Source: Octopus vulgaris (lineage: Eukaryota). From it: a stretch of DNA of 64,000 nt. The notes beneath the pieces were generated by a model. That model was not told the DNA's origin and made no database searches. It was given only the letters and a program-made list of their open reading frames with translations. Shown here piece by piece: positions 1-13,365 of the stretch; position 1 is the first letter of the stretch; every line of letters starts with the position of its first letter. The stretch covers positions 42,346,001 through 42,410,000 of the forward strand of contig OX597815.1 in assembly GCA_951406725.2 (NCBI GenBank). Direction: 5' to 3'. The translations under genes and the position numbers were made by a program.

Positions 1-546
1 CTTCTGACTTGGATATTTTTTCTCTCCCTATTACTAGCGTCGCACACTTACCAATTCCAAACATCATACCAATGTCGTCACTCGCAACTCTAACAGTCTG
101 GACAATTGAAACTAAAATTTTCTTACTTTTTGCAAATAACCTCAGATCATCCATAAACAGGAGGTGGTTTGAGTTTTTCTTCACCACTACTAAATTTGTA
201 ACCTGATTTAGCTACTCTCTAAGTCAATGTAAGAGGGATAATAGTAACCTCGAGTAGCATAGTTGAGTGTATAACCTTGGAATATTCCCCTACTTCACCT
301 AATTTATCTTGACCTGATACTAATATAGTTCTCCATGCTGGAATTCTGTTTTGTAAGTGCTGGACAACATTTTCAGTTATCCCAAATATATTGAAGCATC
401 GTAGAATCCGTGAGTGTGACACACAATCATATACCTTTTGCTAATCAATCCATAATGTTAAGTTTTTCTTCCTGCTTTTGACGTCCCGGAGGACTTCCTG
501 ATCTATATATAATAGGTAGCTTGTCCCTTTAGAATTTTTTCTACAT
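1..546 (-). pseudogene. Degenerate reverse transcriptase of an R4/Dong-clade non-LTR retrotransposon
   Basis: The minus strand reads CRKNSKGTSYLLYIDQEVLRDVKSRKKNLTLWID*QKVYDCVSHSRILRCF...IIPLTLT...NHLLFMDDLRLFAKS...VASDDIGMMFGIGKCATL. This matches the R4/Dong RT motifs WIDYKKAYDSVPH, HLLFMDDLKL and DIGMxFGxxKCA. Stops and frameshifts are present, and it runs off the window edge. Confidence 0.85.
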
Positions 547-688
547 TATTTCTGTTCTTATGGTAGTAGATTTTCCACCTCAAGGTATATGTATGTATGT
601 ATCCTCAGAACAGGAATTCAACAATTACTACTACCATCCACAGCGGGCAGTTGACCATTTAACATACTACTGTCATGGCACTCCCACA

Positions 689-808
689 TTCTTCTTCTTC
701 TTCTTCTTCTTCTTCTTCTTCTTCTTCTTCTTCTTCTTCTTCTTCTTCTTCTTCTTCTTCTTCTTCTTCTTCTTCTTCTTCTTCTTCTTCTTCTTCTTCT
801 TCTTCTTC
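689..808. repeat. (CTT)n microsatellite
   Basis: About 40 perfect units; source of the poly-F and poly-S ORFs. Confidence 0.98.
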
Positions 809-810
809 AT

Positions 811-1300
811 TCGGCATTTCTTCTGGCTATACGTTTCGAGTTCAAATGCCACATATGTCTTTGCCTTTCATTCATTCGAGGTCGATATTTCAATGCCTGC
901 ATTTCGTTCGTCTTTGAGTTCTGAGTTCAAATTCCGCCGAGGTTGGTTGACTTTGCCGTTCATCTTCTCAAGGTCAATAAATTAAGTACCAGTTGAGTAT
1001 TGGGGCCGATGTAATCACTTATCCCCTTCCCGAAATTGCTAGCCTTGTGCCAAAATTTGAAACCGTTGTTATTGCTATTATTAAGACAGTAAACAGGTAG
1101 ACTCGTTAGCATGCCGGGCAAAATGCATTGCTGAACTTCGTCCATCATTACATTCTGAGTTCAAATTCCGCCGAATCGACTTTGTCCTTCATCCTTTTGG
1201 AGTCGATGAAATAAATACCAGTCGAGCACTGATGTCGATGTAAGAAATTAGCGCCCTCTCCAAATCTTGAGGATTTGTATCTGTAGTAGAAAAGATTACT
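811..1300 (+). mobile_element. Cluster of partial SINE family A copies
   Basis: Recurrent core gttctgagttcaaattccgccgaggtcgactttgcctttcatcc...aagtaccagttgag...ggggtcgatgtaatc, shared with more than 10 copies in the window. Confidence 0.8.
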
Positions 1301-2040
1301 ATTATTCTGCCAATAGTTTCGACTACTATATGGCTTCAACATTTACAGTCATGGTGTAGTTGTAGAGAAGAGACTGATGTTTGATATGTCGATAATTTTA
1401 AACTAGCCATACCGTCCAGAACTTTCCATGCAAACACCTTTTTCACTATGAGTATTACTCGGACTAGCGTCCTTGATTTCCCAAAGCAGAGCTTCTTTCG
1501 TCATTAGAGGTGAAAGATCAGACAGAATGTTATAGCTGATGACCTTGGTTTTTATTGCGTTTCACTGAAGACCACTTTAGCATACTCTACCTCCACATAG
1601 TTTCTATATGAATATAAACTCTATAGTTAGAATTATTTTGATAATTCAAACTATTCAGTATTGAAAGAACAGACTAACGAAGATAGAAATCTAGTTAGAT
1701 CTGTTGTTTGTCATCAAGTCCGCTTGTGCAATTTATCGAATAAGACTGATTGTTGTAGAGCTGAATGCTCTGCACAGATATTCAAAGTCGAGATGGCATT
1801 CATAACGTATGGATCAGGAAGCCGTAGTGGTATCTTGTCAATAGTCACATACTATTAATAACATTTATGTAGTATTTCGAAACTGATTAAGTGTCATTTT
1901 ACTCACAAGATATTCTTATTCATCGATGAAATTTGTTTTCACGAGATCTTGTTTTGATTTACTGTTTCCTTGCTTCATTCTGTCAACACGAGTGGCTTAG
2001 TAAAGGCATTTCACACTATATTAATATTTATGTATTATAA

Positions 2041-2441
2041 GGCGGCGTGCTGGCAGAAACGTTAGCAAGCCGGGCGAGATGATTAGTGGTATTTCGTTTG
2101 CCGTTACGTTCTGAGTTCAAATTCCGCCGAGGTCGACTTTGCCTTTCATCTTTCGGGGTCGATTAAATAAGTACCAGTTACGCACTGGGGTCGATGTAAT
2201 CGACTTAATCATCCATTTGTCTGTCCTTGTTTGTCCTCTCTGTGTTTAGCCCCTTGTGGGTAGTAAAGAAATAGGTATTTCGTCTGCCGCTACGTTCTGA
2301 GTTCAAATTCCGCCGAGGTCAACTTTGCCTTTCATAATTTCGGAGTCGATAAATTAAGTAACAGTTGCGTACTAGGTCGATTTAATCGACTGGCCCCGCC
2401 TCCCCCCAAATTTCGGGCCTTGTGTCTACAGTAGAAAAGAA
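2041..2441 (+). mobile_element. SINE family A (octopus OK/OR-type tRNA-derived SINE), tandem dimer form
   Basis: Head ggcggcgtgctggcagaaacgttagc with B-box-like gagttcaaattcc, then core, tail B, junction, second core and tail A. Confidence 0.85.
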
Positions 2442-2914
2442 TATTTATGTCATATTAGGCGCAGACACGGCTGTGTGCTTAAGTAGCTCGCATTGCAACT
2501 ACATAGTTTCAGGTTCAATTCCACTGCGCGGCCGATAAACATAGACCGGAAACTGTGTGAATGCCCGTTGTACGTGTATATGCGTGCATCCTTTTATCCT
2601 TTGATTAATTTCAGTCATTAGACTGTGGTCATGATTTTTCTTTTACATTCCTTAAAGTAGCTGTTAAGAAGAGGCTCAGAATAATTAACAGATTTTAAAA
2701 TAGTAAGTACTGGGGGCGATTTATTCGACTAAATTTCCATGAAGGCGGTACCTCAGCATGGCCACTGTTCAAAGACTGAAACAAGTATAACAGGTTACCT
2801 AATCAAAATATGTCATTGTTTTGTGAATGTCTTAGAACGCCATTAATGCCATTTTTAATATGTCTGGTCTTACTGTGAGCATTATGCTTTATTCTTCATT
2901 CCACCATAGTTTCA

Positions 2915-3135
2915 AGGCGGCGAGCTGGCAGAATCGTTAGCACATCAGGCAATATACTTACCAGCATTTCATCCGTCTTTACGTTCTGAGTTCAAATTCC
3001 ATCCAGGTTGGCTTCGTTTTTTTTTTATGCTTTTGGGATCGATAGAATAAGTACCAGTTGAGTACTGGGGTTGATGCAATCGATTATTTCCACTCACCTC
3101 AAAAATTGCTGGCACTGTGCTAAAATTTGAAACTA
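2915..3135 (+). mobile_element. SINE family A monomer
   Basis: ggcggcgagctggcagaatcgttagc head followed by core and tail. Confidence 0.8.
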
Positions 3136-4682
3136 TTATTGTTGGCTCTCTATATACTATAGGTAAGCAGTAGATGGAATAAACACTTGAGTGTCAAATT
3201 AAATTTTTGTAGTATGACTGAGTTAGCATTTTTTATGTACAATGTTTTGAATCCAAACACAGCAGTAGTTGACTTTACATTCATCATTCCAGGTTCGATA
3301 AAATAATCTCCAGTCAGGTATTATGTTCGATTCAGTCGATTAAACCTTCTCCACAAAAGAGTTGTGGCTTGGTGCCAATGTTAGAAATCAATATTAAAAA
3401 TGCGTCTATTATTACAAGCTACAATGGAAAAGCAAAAAGGATTGAGTGCAATTATTACCGACGTCAAATCCACCAGGGGGTAGATTCAATTGACTCGCAT
3501 CTCGTCCCCCATATGCTTAAGATGTTGGTCATGTGCCGAATGTAAAAAAAAATCTTTTAACTATATATAGCCATTATTTTCATTGAATCCCATTGGCGGA
3601 TGTTGATTTAAAAAGCGTACGAGATAATTTTTTTTCTTCACTATTTTAAAATTGGAACTCAAGAGACAGCTGGTTGTTAGTGAAGTGTTAGATAATAAAA
3701 AGTATTATAAAAATATAAAACTGAGTATTTTTTTCCTGCAGAAAATTAAAATTTGCATTTAATTATGTTTTTCTGCTAGAGAGTATATATATATTTTTAT
3801 ACACTTAATTGGAAAGTAAATTAAGACCGTTTGCGGTATTTTTCCCTCACCAGATATTTGTTTCTGTCAATGTGAATTTTTTATACTTGATAAGCTGGAA
3901 ATAAGTATAATTTATTTTGAGCAATTCTATAAATGTTTTGTGCATCATCTTTATGCAACACTTAACGTTATTTATGCACCATTTGACATGATGAGAATGA
4001 TAAAAAGAGAGTTGTTACCAGGAGCAACAGACGTTTCATATGGTCTCTTCTCATCCCAGGATTTAGCAGCATGAAGTAAACGACGGTTGATTCTCATTCT
4101 CAAGACAAGGCATCAGTTTAATGCATATATTTTCAGAATATACGATTCCTTTTTCAGGCAGCTCGATGCACCATGACATGTGAAAAAAAAAACAAAAAAA
4201 AAAAAAAAACGTTTGTAGCGGATATGTAGCCACGATTCAAAACTCGATAGTTTAATTTCCAACACTCCTTAAGCTTTTCCTTATTATCCCTGATCATGAA
4301 AAATCTAGTGGCAACAGTATAGATCAAGCAGTAATATGGAACGTCAATTTTCCGAGCAGATTTCGATACCTGGCGAAAGCCATTTCATTTTAGCTCAGAC
4401 AGATATTGATTTAACGAAAGCAAAAGGATTTTTTATTTTTTATTCATTTCAGTGATTAAACTGCAGCCATGCATGGGGTCCACCTTGAAAAAATTTTAGT
4501 CGAACGAATCGACCCCAATGTCTTTATTGAGCCTGGAACTTATTCTATCAATCTCTTTTGCCGATTTACTTGAGCCTAAACACACCAACACCGGTTGTCA
4601 AGTAGTAATGGAGGACAAATGCAGACACAAACACACACATACATATAGATGTGTGTATGTGTATGTGTGTGTATACGACGGT

Positions 4683-5164
4683 TTGCACCAAGCGAGCAAA
4701 AGCCTTCGTCATGCCAAGTTCCTTGAACAGAATATTCTCAATTCTCTCACAGGATATACTAACAGCATTGGCTATTTGATTTATAGTCAATTGTCTGTCA
4801 TCCATCATTATGTGGTGAACACGATCAATGATTTCCTCAGTCTCCCCCTTCCGCTCCTAAATTCGGCTGCCCACTTTTGCACAGTTGATAGAGCTGGAGC
4901 ATCATCCCCTAATGTACTTACCATGTCAGTATGAATGCCGTTGGGGGCTAAACCTTTTTTCGGCAGGTACCTGATAACATCACAGTACTAAATCTTGTTC
5001 ATTTTTTAGAGAAGTCATTACTAGTTAATTTCGAAGTCTTCTTTGAACAGTCAAATGTCAATTCAAATGGAAAGAAACAAGAGTTGACAGTAATGCATGC
5101 AAGATTTCACAACACCAGCATCACTCTTTCATAGAGATCCTATGGACTTTTCAGTCCACACTCG
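4683..5164 (-). mobile_element. Truncated mariner (5' TIR plus HTH region)
   Basis: The minus strand gives ...LGDDAPALSTVQKWAAEF...MMDDRQLTINQIANAVSISCERIENILFKELGMTKAFARLV. One terminus (ggacttttcagtccacactcg|ta) is at about 5164; the left side abuts a family B SINE fragment. Confidence 0.8.
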
Positions 5165-5222
5165 TACATACACATGCATACATACATTAGGGGATGATGC
5201 TCCAGCTCTATCAACATACATA

Positions 5223-6513
5223 CGAGGGGCGTTCAATAAGTAATGCCCCTGACCCACTTCCCATAGCAGTAGAGCAACGAAACTTGGCACAGTTATTAGT
5301 CTTTTTCTACATAGGAACCACCCAGAGTTACGCATTTCTCCCATCGTTTGATGCGGCTCTGGAGACCGTTTTTGTAGAAGAACCCAGCTTGGTCATCCAA
5401 CCTCAACGTGACTTCAGAAATCAAGGCTGCATCATCTGGGAAACGCTTTCCTTTCGAAAACAACTTCATGGCTGGGAAGAGGTGAAAATCAGAGGGTGCA
5501 AGGTCAGGAGCGTAGGGGGGATGGGGAGGAGTTCATAGCAGCACGCCTGTGCTTCTGATCTGGCGACAAGCGAGTTGTGGACCGGAGCGTTGTCCTGCAG
5601 GAGGAGGATGCCTTTGCTGATCTTGCCCCGCCTCTTGATTTTGATAACTTCTCTTAATTTCCTCAGAAGTGAAGCATAATAGGCTCCTGCAATTGTGGTA
5701 CCCTTTGCCAGGAAATCTGTCATCACTACTCCGTCCTGGTCCTAGAAGACTGTGACCATAACCTTGCCAGCGGATGGCTGTACCCTTGCGTTCTTTGGAG
5801 GAGGTGAGTCACGGTGCTTCCACTGCATTGACTGGGCTTTGGTCTCTGGATCATCGTGATGGACCCAGGTTTCATCCTGTGTAATCAGTCTTTTGAAAAA
5901 TTTTGACTCATCTTCTTGGCACATCTCCAAATTCATCCTCGAGCACTCGACGCGTTCTTGCTTCTGGAAAGGCGTGAGCAACCTGGGAATCCATCTGGCA
6001 GACACCTTTTGCATATGCAAATGGTCATGAATGATAGTTTCCACAGACCCGGTACTAATCTTGACCTCATGGGCTATTTGGCGAATAGTTATGCGTCGAT
6101 CTTCCAAAATGGCAGCCTCAACTTGACGGACAGATGCCTCATCAATGGCAGAAGGGGGCGACCAGATCTGGGAGCTGTTTCCACAGAGTTCCGACCATGT
6201 TTGAATTCACGATGCTAGCGTTTTACAAGGTCATATGATGGAGCATCATCACCATAAGTTACTTTCATTTCATCAAAAGTCTCCCGTGGTGTGCGTCTTT
6301 TCAAATACAAAAACCGGATCACTGCTCGACACTCAACAGGCTCCATTTCACACTTGACTCGGTTCAAACACCTGTAAATCAGAAACCACAATTATTTCAG
6401 GGCTGTAATTTATCACTTACTCTATAGAGATATAAATAATTACACATGCAAAATTTCAGCTGGATCAAACAACTGCAAGTGGGTCAGGGGCATTACTTAT
6501 TGAACGTCCCTCG
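5223..6513 (-). mobile_element. Full-length mariner DNA transposon (DD34D), 1291 bp
   Basis: 37-bp TIRs cgagggRcgttcaataagtaatgcccctgacccactt with 1 mismatch, TA target duplications at 5221-5222 and 6514-6515, and a transposase inside. Confidence 0.97.
5296..6346 (-). pseudogene. Mariner transposase pseudogene (about 350 aa reconstructed)
   Basis: MEPVECRAVIRFLY...SGRP...WIPRLL...ITQDETWVHH...SAGKVMVTVF*D...LQDNAPVH...HPPYAPDLAPSDFHLF...YVEKD*, with D-34-D spacing. There are two TAG stops at Trp positions (6215-6217, 5742-5744) and two -1 frameshifts in G/C runs (about 6156 and 5524). Confidence 0.93.
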
Positions 6514-6515
6514 TA

Positions 6516-6767
6516 CATACGTATGTATGTACATATATATATATATGTATATATATGCATGTATGTATATATATATATGTATGTATATATATGTATTTAT
6601 ATATATATATATATACATATATGTATAGATATATATATATATATGTATAGATATATATATATATGTATGTATAGATATATATGTATAGATATATATGTAT
6701 ATATATATATGTGCGTATAGATATATGTATATATATGTATAGATTTGTATATATATATATATATGTA

Positions 6768-6798
<31 letters not shown>

Positions 6799-6811
6799 GC
6801 ATATATGTATG

Positions 6812-6842
<31 letters not shown>

Positions 6843-6883
6843 GCATATATGTATGTATATATATAAATATATATATATATGCA

Positions 6884-6938
<55 letters not shown>

Positions 6939-7035
6939 GCATATGTATATATATATATATATATATAAATGTATACTGCATATGTATATGTGTATGTATA
7001 TGTATATATATCTATATCTATATATATATATATAA
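6516..7035. repeat. Degenerate (TA)n/(TATG)n tract
   Basis: Direct inspection. Confidence 0.95.
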
Positions 7036-7106
7036 TTGTTAAAGAGGACAACGAACAATAAGGTAAGGCAAACATATACATTATTATTATATGGAAAAAA
7101 TTCAAA

Positions 7107-7162
7107 GTCTTACAGCTGTTTCTGAGATATCCCAGAGCATAGGATATTCCTTCATCTGAGAC
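7107..7162 (-). ncRNA. Minimal type-I hammerhead ribozyme-like motif (PLE pLTR type)
   Basis: Minus strand: GUCU-CAGAUGAA-[ggaauaucc...gggauaucuca]-GAAAC-AGCU-GUA-AGAC. Stem I is GUCU/AGAC, stem III is the palindrome ACAGCUGU, the triplet is GUA, and the core has a U4-to-A change. Confidence 0.65.
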
Positions 7163-7258
7163 AAATAGGGAAAGTAATCCGTTACAATACTTACCTAGCG
7201 TACCTGATCGTTTAGATCACCTGTAAACTAAACTCCCATACTTTGTGTGTGTGTGTCT

Positions 7259-7295
<37 letters not shown>

Positions 7296-7297
<2 letters not shown>

Positions 7298-7500
7298 ATG
7301 TTGATTCGTTAGTTACTGCACGCATTTTTTTCTCTCCTTCCTTCTGTGTTTTTTTCTCTCTGGGTATCTTTCTGTTGAAGAGCGTAGGCTCGAAACGTTA
7401 AAGACTTGTTTTATTTATATTTCCTGAGCGCCATACTAATACAATTGTTTGTTTGTTTCCCACCTGCCTTCGTCTTTTGTCTATTTTCATAAAGCTTCCC

Positions 7501-7501
<1 letters not shown>
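7296..7501 (+). mobile_element. About 200-bp PLE pLTR-like unit carrying a hammerhead-like motif, flanked by (TA)n
   Basis: Homologous along its length to 38487-38662 and in its 3' part to 8330-8490. Confidence 0.7.
7367..7404 (+). ncRNA. Minimal hammerhead ribozyme-like motif
   Basis: UCUUU-CUGUUGAA-GAGC-GUAG-GCUC-GAA-ACGU-U-AAAGA: 5-bp stem I, 4-bp stem II, palindromic ACGU stem III. A6-to-U variant core. Confidence 0.6.
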
Positions 7502-7575
<74 letters not shown>

Positions 7576-7589
7576 CGCGTGCGTATGCA

Positions 7590-8485
7590 GTTACTTGTGA
7601 GGTCTCTCATGAATCCAGTACAACCTCTTGCATGGTTGTATATCGGTCAAACGGGACGCCGCTTGGCTGACCGGTTCGCAGAGCACCTCCGAGACATCAG
7701 ACTCGGCAATGGCACCCCGGTCTCGCGCCATTTCCGGTCATTCACTACAACACCTGTCTGTGTTAGGATTGTCTTTGCCATCCGGACTGCCACCTTCGCC
7801 GTGAACTGCAATTGATCTTCTGTCTTCGCTCGTTTGCACCATATTGGCTCAGATCTCCTCTTCTTTTTATTTGACTTCCTTCCTATCTTCTCTACATCTC
7901 ATACCCACTTCCTCTCTTCACTCTCACTCACTCTTCCTCTGCTCTCTTCATCTGACACTTACTTCCTCTCTTCACTCCTACCCATATTCTCTCCTCCTTG
8001 ATACCACTCCTCCACCCCACCCCTACACCACATCCAACCCATATCCCACTCCCACCCGACCTCCACCCCCACCCCCACCACACCCTACACCACATCACCC
8101 CACCCCACACACTAGCACTGATCACTTTCCAACGCGCACACCACACACCATCAATCGCATACTTACACACCATAATTCACACAACCACTCGTTCCAGACC
8201 CACACACTTACACATGCACACATACACACACATCAAAGTCACTAACCTCTATCCACACATACACACATTCTCACATAAACACATACGCTCGCACACCTTC
8301 GTTTTGGGATTACAAATGCTTTATTATTACAAATGCTTCATTCTCTGTTTATTTTCTCTTATTCGTATCTGTTGAAGAGCGTAGGCTCGAAATGTAAAAG
8401 ACTTTCCCCACTTTCCTTGGTGTCAATCTAATACACTAGCTTGTTGTTCATGCACCTGTCTTTGTCTTTTGTTTTCTGTAAATTT

Positions 8486-8490
<5 letters not shown>
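7590..8490 (+). mobile_element. 3' fragment of a Penelope-like element: GIY-YIG endonuclease remnant, C/A-rich spacer and pLTR with hammerhead-like motif (8369-8401)
   Basis: ORF 7453-7815 contains LYIGQTGRRLADRFAEHLRDIRLGNGTPVSRHF, the YIG-T-R-L--RF-EH...HF signature. Downstream is ctgttgaagagcgtaggctcgaaatgta, and the unit ends in (TA)n. Confidence 0.85.
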
Positions 8491-8559
<69 letters not shown>

Positions 8560-9047
8560 ACGTATGTATATATGTATATTATATATCTATATATATATGC
8601 GTATAGGCGTGGAGAAAGAGAGAAAGAGAGATAGAGGGAGTGAGGGAGAAAGAGAGAAAGCGAATGGGGTTATAGAATATAAAATCATCACGGAGAATAA
8701 TTTTTCTTTCAGTTGTTTCCTCACTCTCAGAATATTGTTTTGTTGAATTTTATTCTAAAGTTCTAAATATTTTTCTTTTGAAGATTAGCATAAAAATTCA
8801 TGATTTTGTAATCAATGTACACATCCCACATTTTCTGATAATATCCATAGTGACAAAGGTAGCACTCTAGTGGGTGTGTACTCACAGACACATACACACA
8901 CGCGTGCGTGGGCGCGCGCGCATAGACACGCACACGCACATACACAGACGTGTACACACACACACATATTTATCTATATGTATATGCATGTGTATTTTTA
9001 TCTCTCTCTCTCTATATATATGTATGCATGTGTATATATATATATCT

Positions 9048-9462
<415 letters not shown>

Positions 9463-9464
9463 CA

Positions 9465-9498
<34 letters not shown>

Positions 9499-9859
9499 GT
9501 ACATATGTACACGCACACATATAAATATAATTAAGATTCAGTTGAATGTGCACTTCCAAACAATATCAAGTGAATAACTCTGTGCAGAAGTATTTGCTCT
9601 TGATTCTCTTGCAGTGTATGCGGATAACACGACCCAACTTAGTGAAGAGACCCGCACTTGATTGTTCAGACATGTACTTTGTATAAGAATACAAAAATTC
9701 TTTCTTTACTATTCCTAAGTGCAGATTCCAGGTAGGTGAATAAAATATAAATAAGTAACAAATCTAATATAAATGAGTGTCAAATTATATATATATATAT
9801 ACATACATATATACATATATATATACATATATACATTATATATATATATACATACATAC

Positions 9860-9910
<51 letters not shown>

Positions 9911-10149
9911 CACATACACACACACGTATATATATATTTACACATATTTATAATATATATATATATATATATAATACACACACATACACTCACACACACA
10001 TATTAATTGAATTGAAATGAATTGAACTAATTTCAGCTCACGAGCGGTGGCCATGCTGTGGCACCACCATTTGGTGTTGCTACATCATGTTTACTTCACT
10101 AATTCTTTTTAGAACTTGACAATATGAGGACAGTGCAAACTGCGGACAT

Positions 10150-11207
<1,058 letters not shown>

Positions 11208-11524
11208 GGCGCAGGAGTGGGTGTGACGTAAGTAGCTTACTTGCCAACCACATGGTTCCGAGTTCAGTCCTACTGCGTAGCACTTTGGGCAAGTGTCTTT
11301 TACTATAGCCTCGGGCCGACCAAAGCTTTGTGAGTGGATTTGGTAGACGGAAACTGAAAGAAGCCGTCGTATATATATATATATAAATGTATATATATAT
11401 ATATATATATTCCGCTGAATCCTTCGCCTCATGTTTTTATTTTCATTTTGATCAATTTACTCCACCACCTACACCACCAAACGGTATACACAGGTGCTTA
11501 TAATTATCAAGTACTCACCCCGAA

Positions 11525-11610
<86 letters not shown>

Positions 11611-11830
11611 TGTGTCTGTAATTTTCCCCCCTAACATCGCTTGACAACCGATGCTGGTGTGTTTACGTCTCCGTCAATTAGCGGTTCAGCAAGAGATACC
11701 GATAGAATAAGCACTACGCTTACAAAGAATAAGCCCTGGGGTCAATTTGCTCGACTAAAGGCGGTGCTCCAGCTTGGCCACAGTCAAATGACTGAAACAA
11801 ATAAAAGAATAAAAGGAAAAGAATAAAAGA
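11208..11830 (+). mobile_element. SINE family B (ggcgcaggagtgg head) with an internal microsatellite, interrupted by a Helitron-end fragment
   Basis: 5' half 11208-11370 and 3' half about 11585-11830 are collinear with the copies at 24747 and 58547. Confidence 0.85.
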
Positions 11831-12114
11831 CACAAGCAGAAATACACGGCTTTGCCCAGGTAAAAGAGAATAATGAAATTTAAAAAAGCCGTCAAGATTA
11901 CGCAGGTCTCAACTACTAGTAGCTAAGATACCATCTTTCTACAGTAATAACTCTCCAACCCATGCCAGCATGGAACATAGACGTTAAGTGAAACGTTAAA
12001 AGAAAGTTTTCAACTCATATACGTATACAAAGTAAATACATATAATTCAAAAACACGATTTGTGTAGCTTATTTCGTAACGAAAAAACAGGTACAGATTA
12101 TAAACAATGAAAGG

Positions 12115-12735
12115 CTGATTTCGGTGATTTATTTGACAGAGGTATTAGAAGGCCAATTCGATGATAAATCTGACCTTGGATCTTGAAAGTTTGCATGAAT
12201 CCTGGCTCAATTAAATCTCTTGTGGCTCCAAATGATGCCATCTGTAGTGCAGCGTTGTATTATCTAATTTTGTCTTTGAAGTGCTTGGAATCTTGGTCAG
12301 TTGATGACAACAGTTTCTTGAGTGGCTCCTTAGGGTGAGGGACTGCAGGGAGTTTAACCTTTCCACCACTGCAGCACAGTGCTTTCCAGAGCACTTCTTT
12401 GCTTTACAATGAATGCACTCAGTTGTCATTGCACCAATGGAAACTCTAGCATCATCTGCATAATGAACTGCTGGATCAAAGTTGAAAACTGCTTCATAGA
12501 AGTTGATTCTCTAACCTGTTGCAACTGCCCTTCGTTGTGCAGTGAAGATCCTATTCCTTGTCAGCCGTGCATACCTCTGTTCATCACTTTGAGATGCTCT
12601 AGCATTTGTAGTGCACGGTCTGTTCGTTTCTTGGTATGCTTCCCTTTCTGCAGCTGTCTCCCTTTCCTTGAACCGAAACATTCTTTTGGTTGATCATGAC
12701 ATTGTAGACAAATCTGACACTTTTCTTCTAGGCAT
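12115..12735 (-). pseudogene. Helitron Rep/helicase (RepHel) N-terminal zinc-finger region, degenerate
   Basis: The minus strand gives MPRRK...AVFNFDPAVHYADDARVSIGAMTTECIHCKAKK.../CCSGGKVKLPAVPHPKEPLKKLL...SKHFKDKIR*YNAALQMASFGA...PGFMQTFKIQGQIYHRIGLLIP, the characteristic Helitron N-terminal motif series. Confidence 0.9.
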
Positions 12736-13281
12736 GGTTATATACGTATACAGAAATACACGGGTGCAGAAGATAGTAAACAATGAAAATAACGAAAATT
12801 ATATCTCTTAATACGAAGACAGAAATTAAATAAGAAATTTTTACGGAAAATAAAGAATTGTACGGGTTGAATCGAAATCTGTCAGTGAACCAAAGAGCCA
12901 GTGTCGAAGGAACCAGAAAAATTGGTTAACAACAGAAAAACACAAAGCCGTTGCAAAAGTAAATAAGAAATTTGTAGGCAAATTTAACGAAGTGTACGGA
13001 TTGAAGTAAAATTTATGGAGTTACTTATGTCAGTAAATTATGTATGAAATTACTTTCATCAGTAATTGCGAACTTTCTGTCAGTAATTTGTCGTCTTTGA
13101 TTGTAAATAGCGATTGAAAACTTATAGTGAAAACAATAGCGATTGAAGTTAAAGTGAAAACAATAGTGAGTGAGATATAGAGGGGGAGAGAAAGAGTTAG
13201 CTAGTTATACAAATAAGATAGATATAGATAGATAAGATATAGACAGATAGATAGAGAGATAAAGATAGGTAGAGATAGAGA

Positions 13282-13364
<83 letters not shown>

Positions 13365-13365
<1 letters not shown>

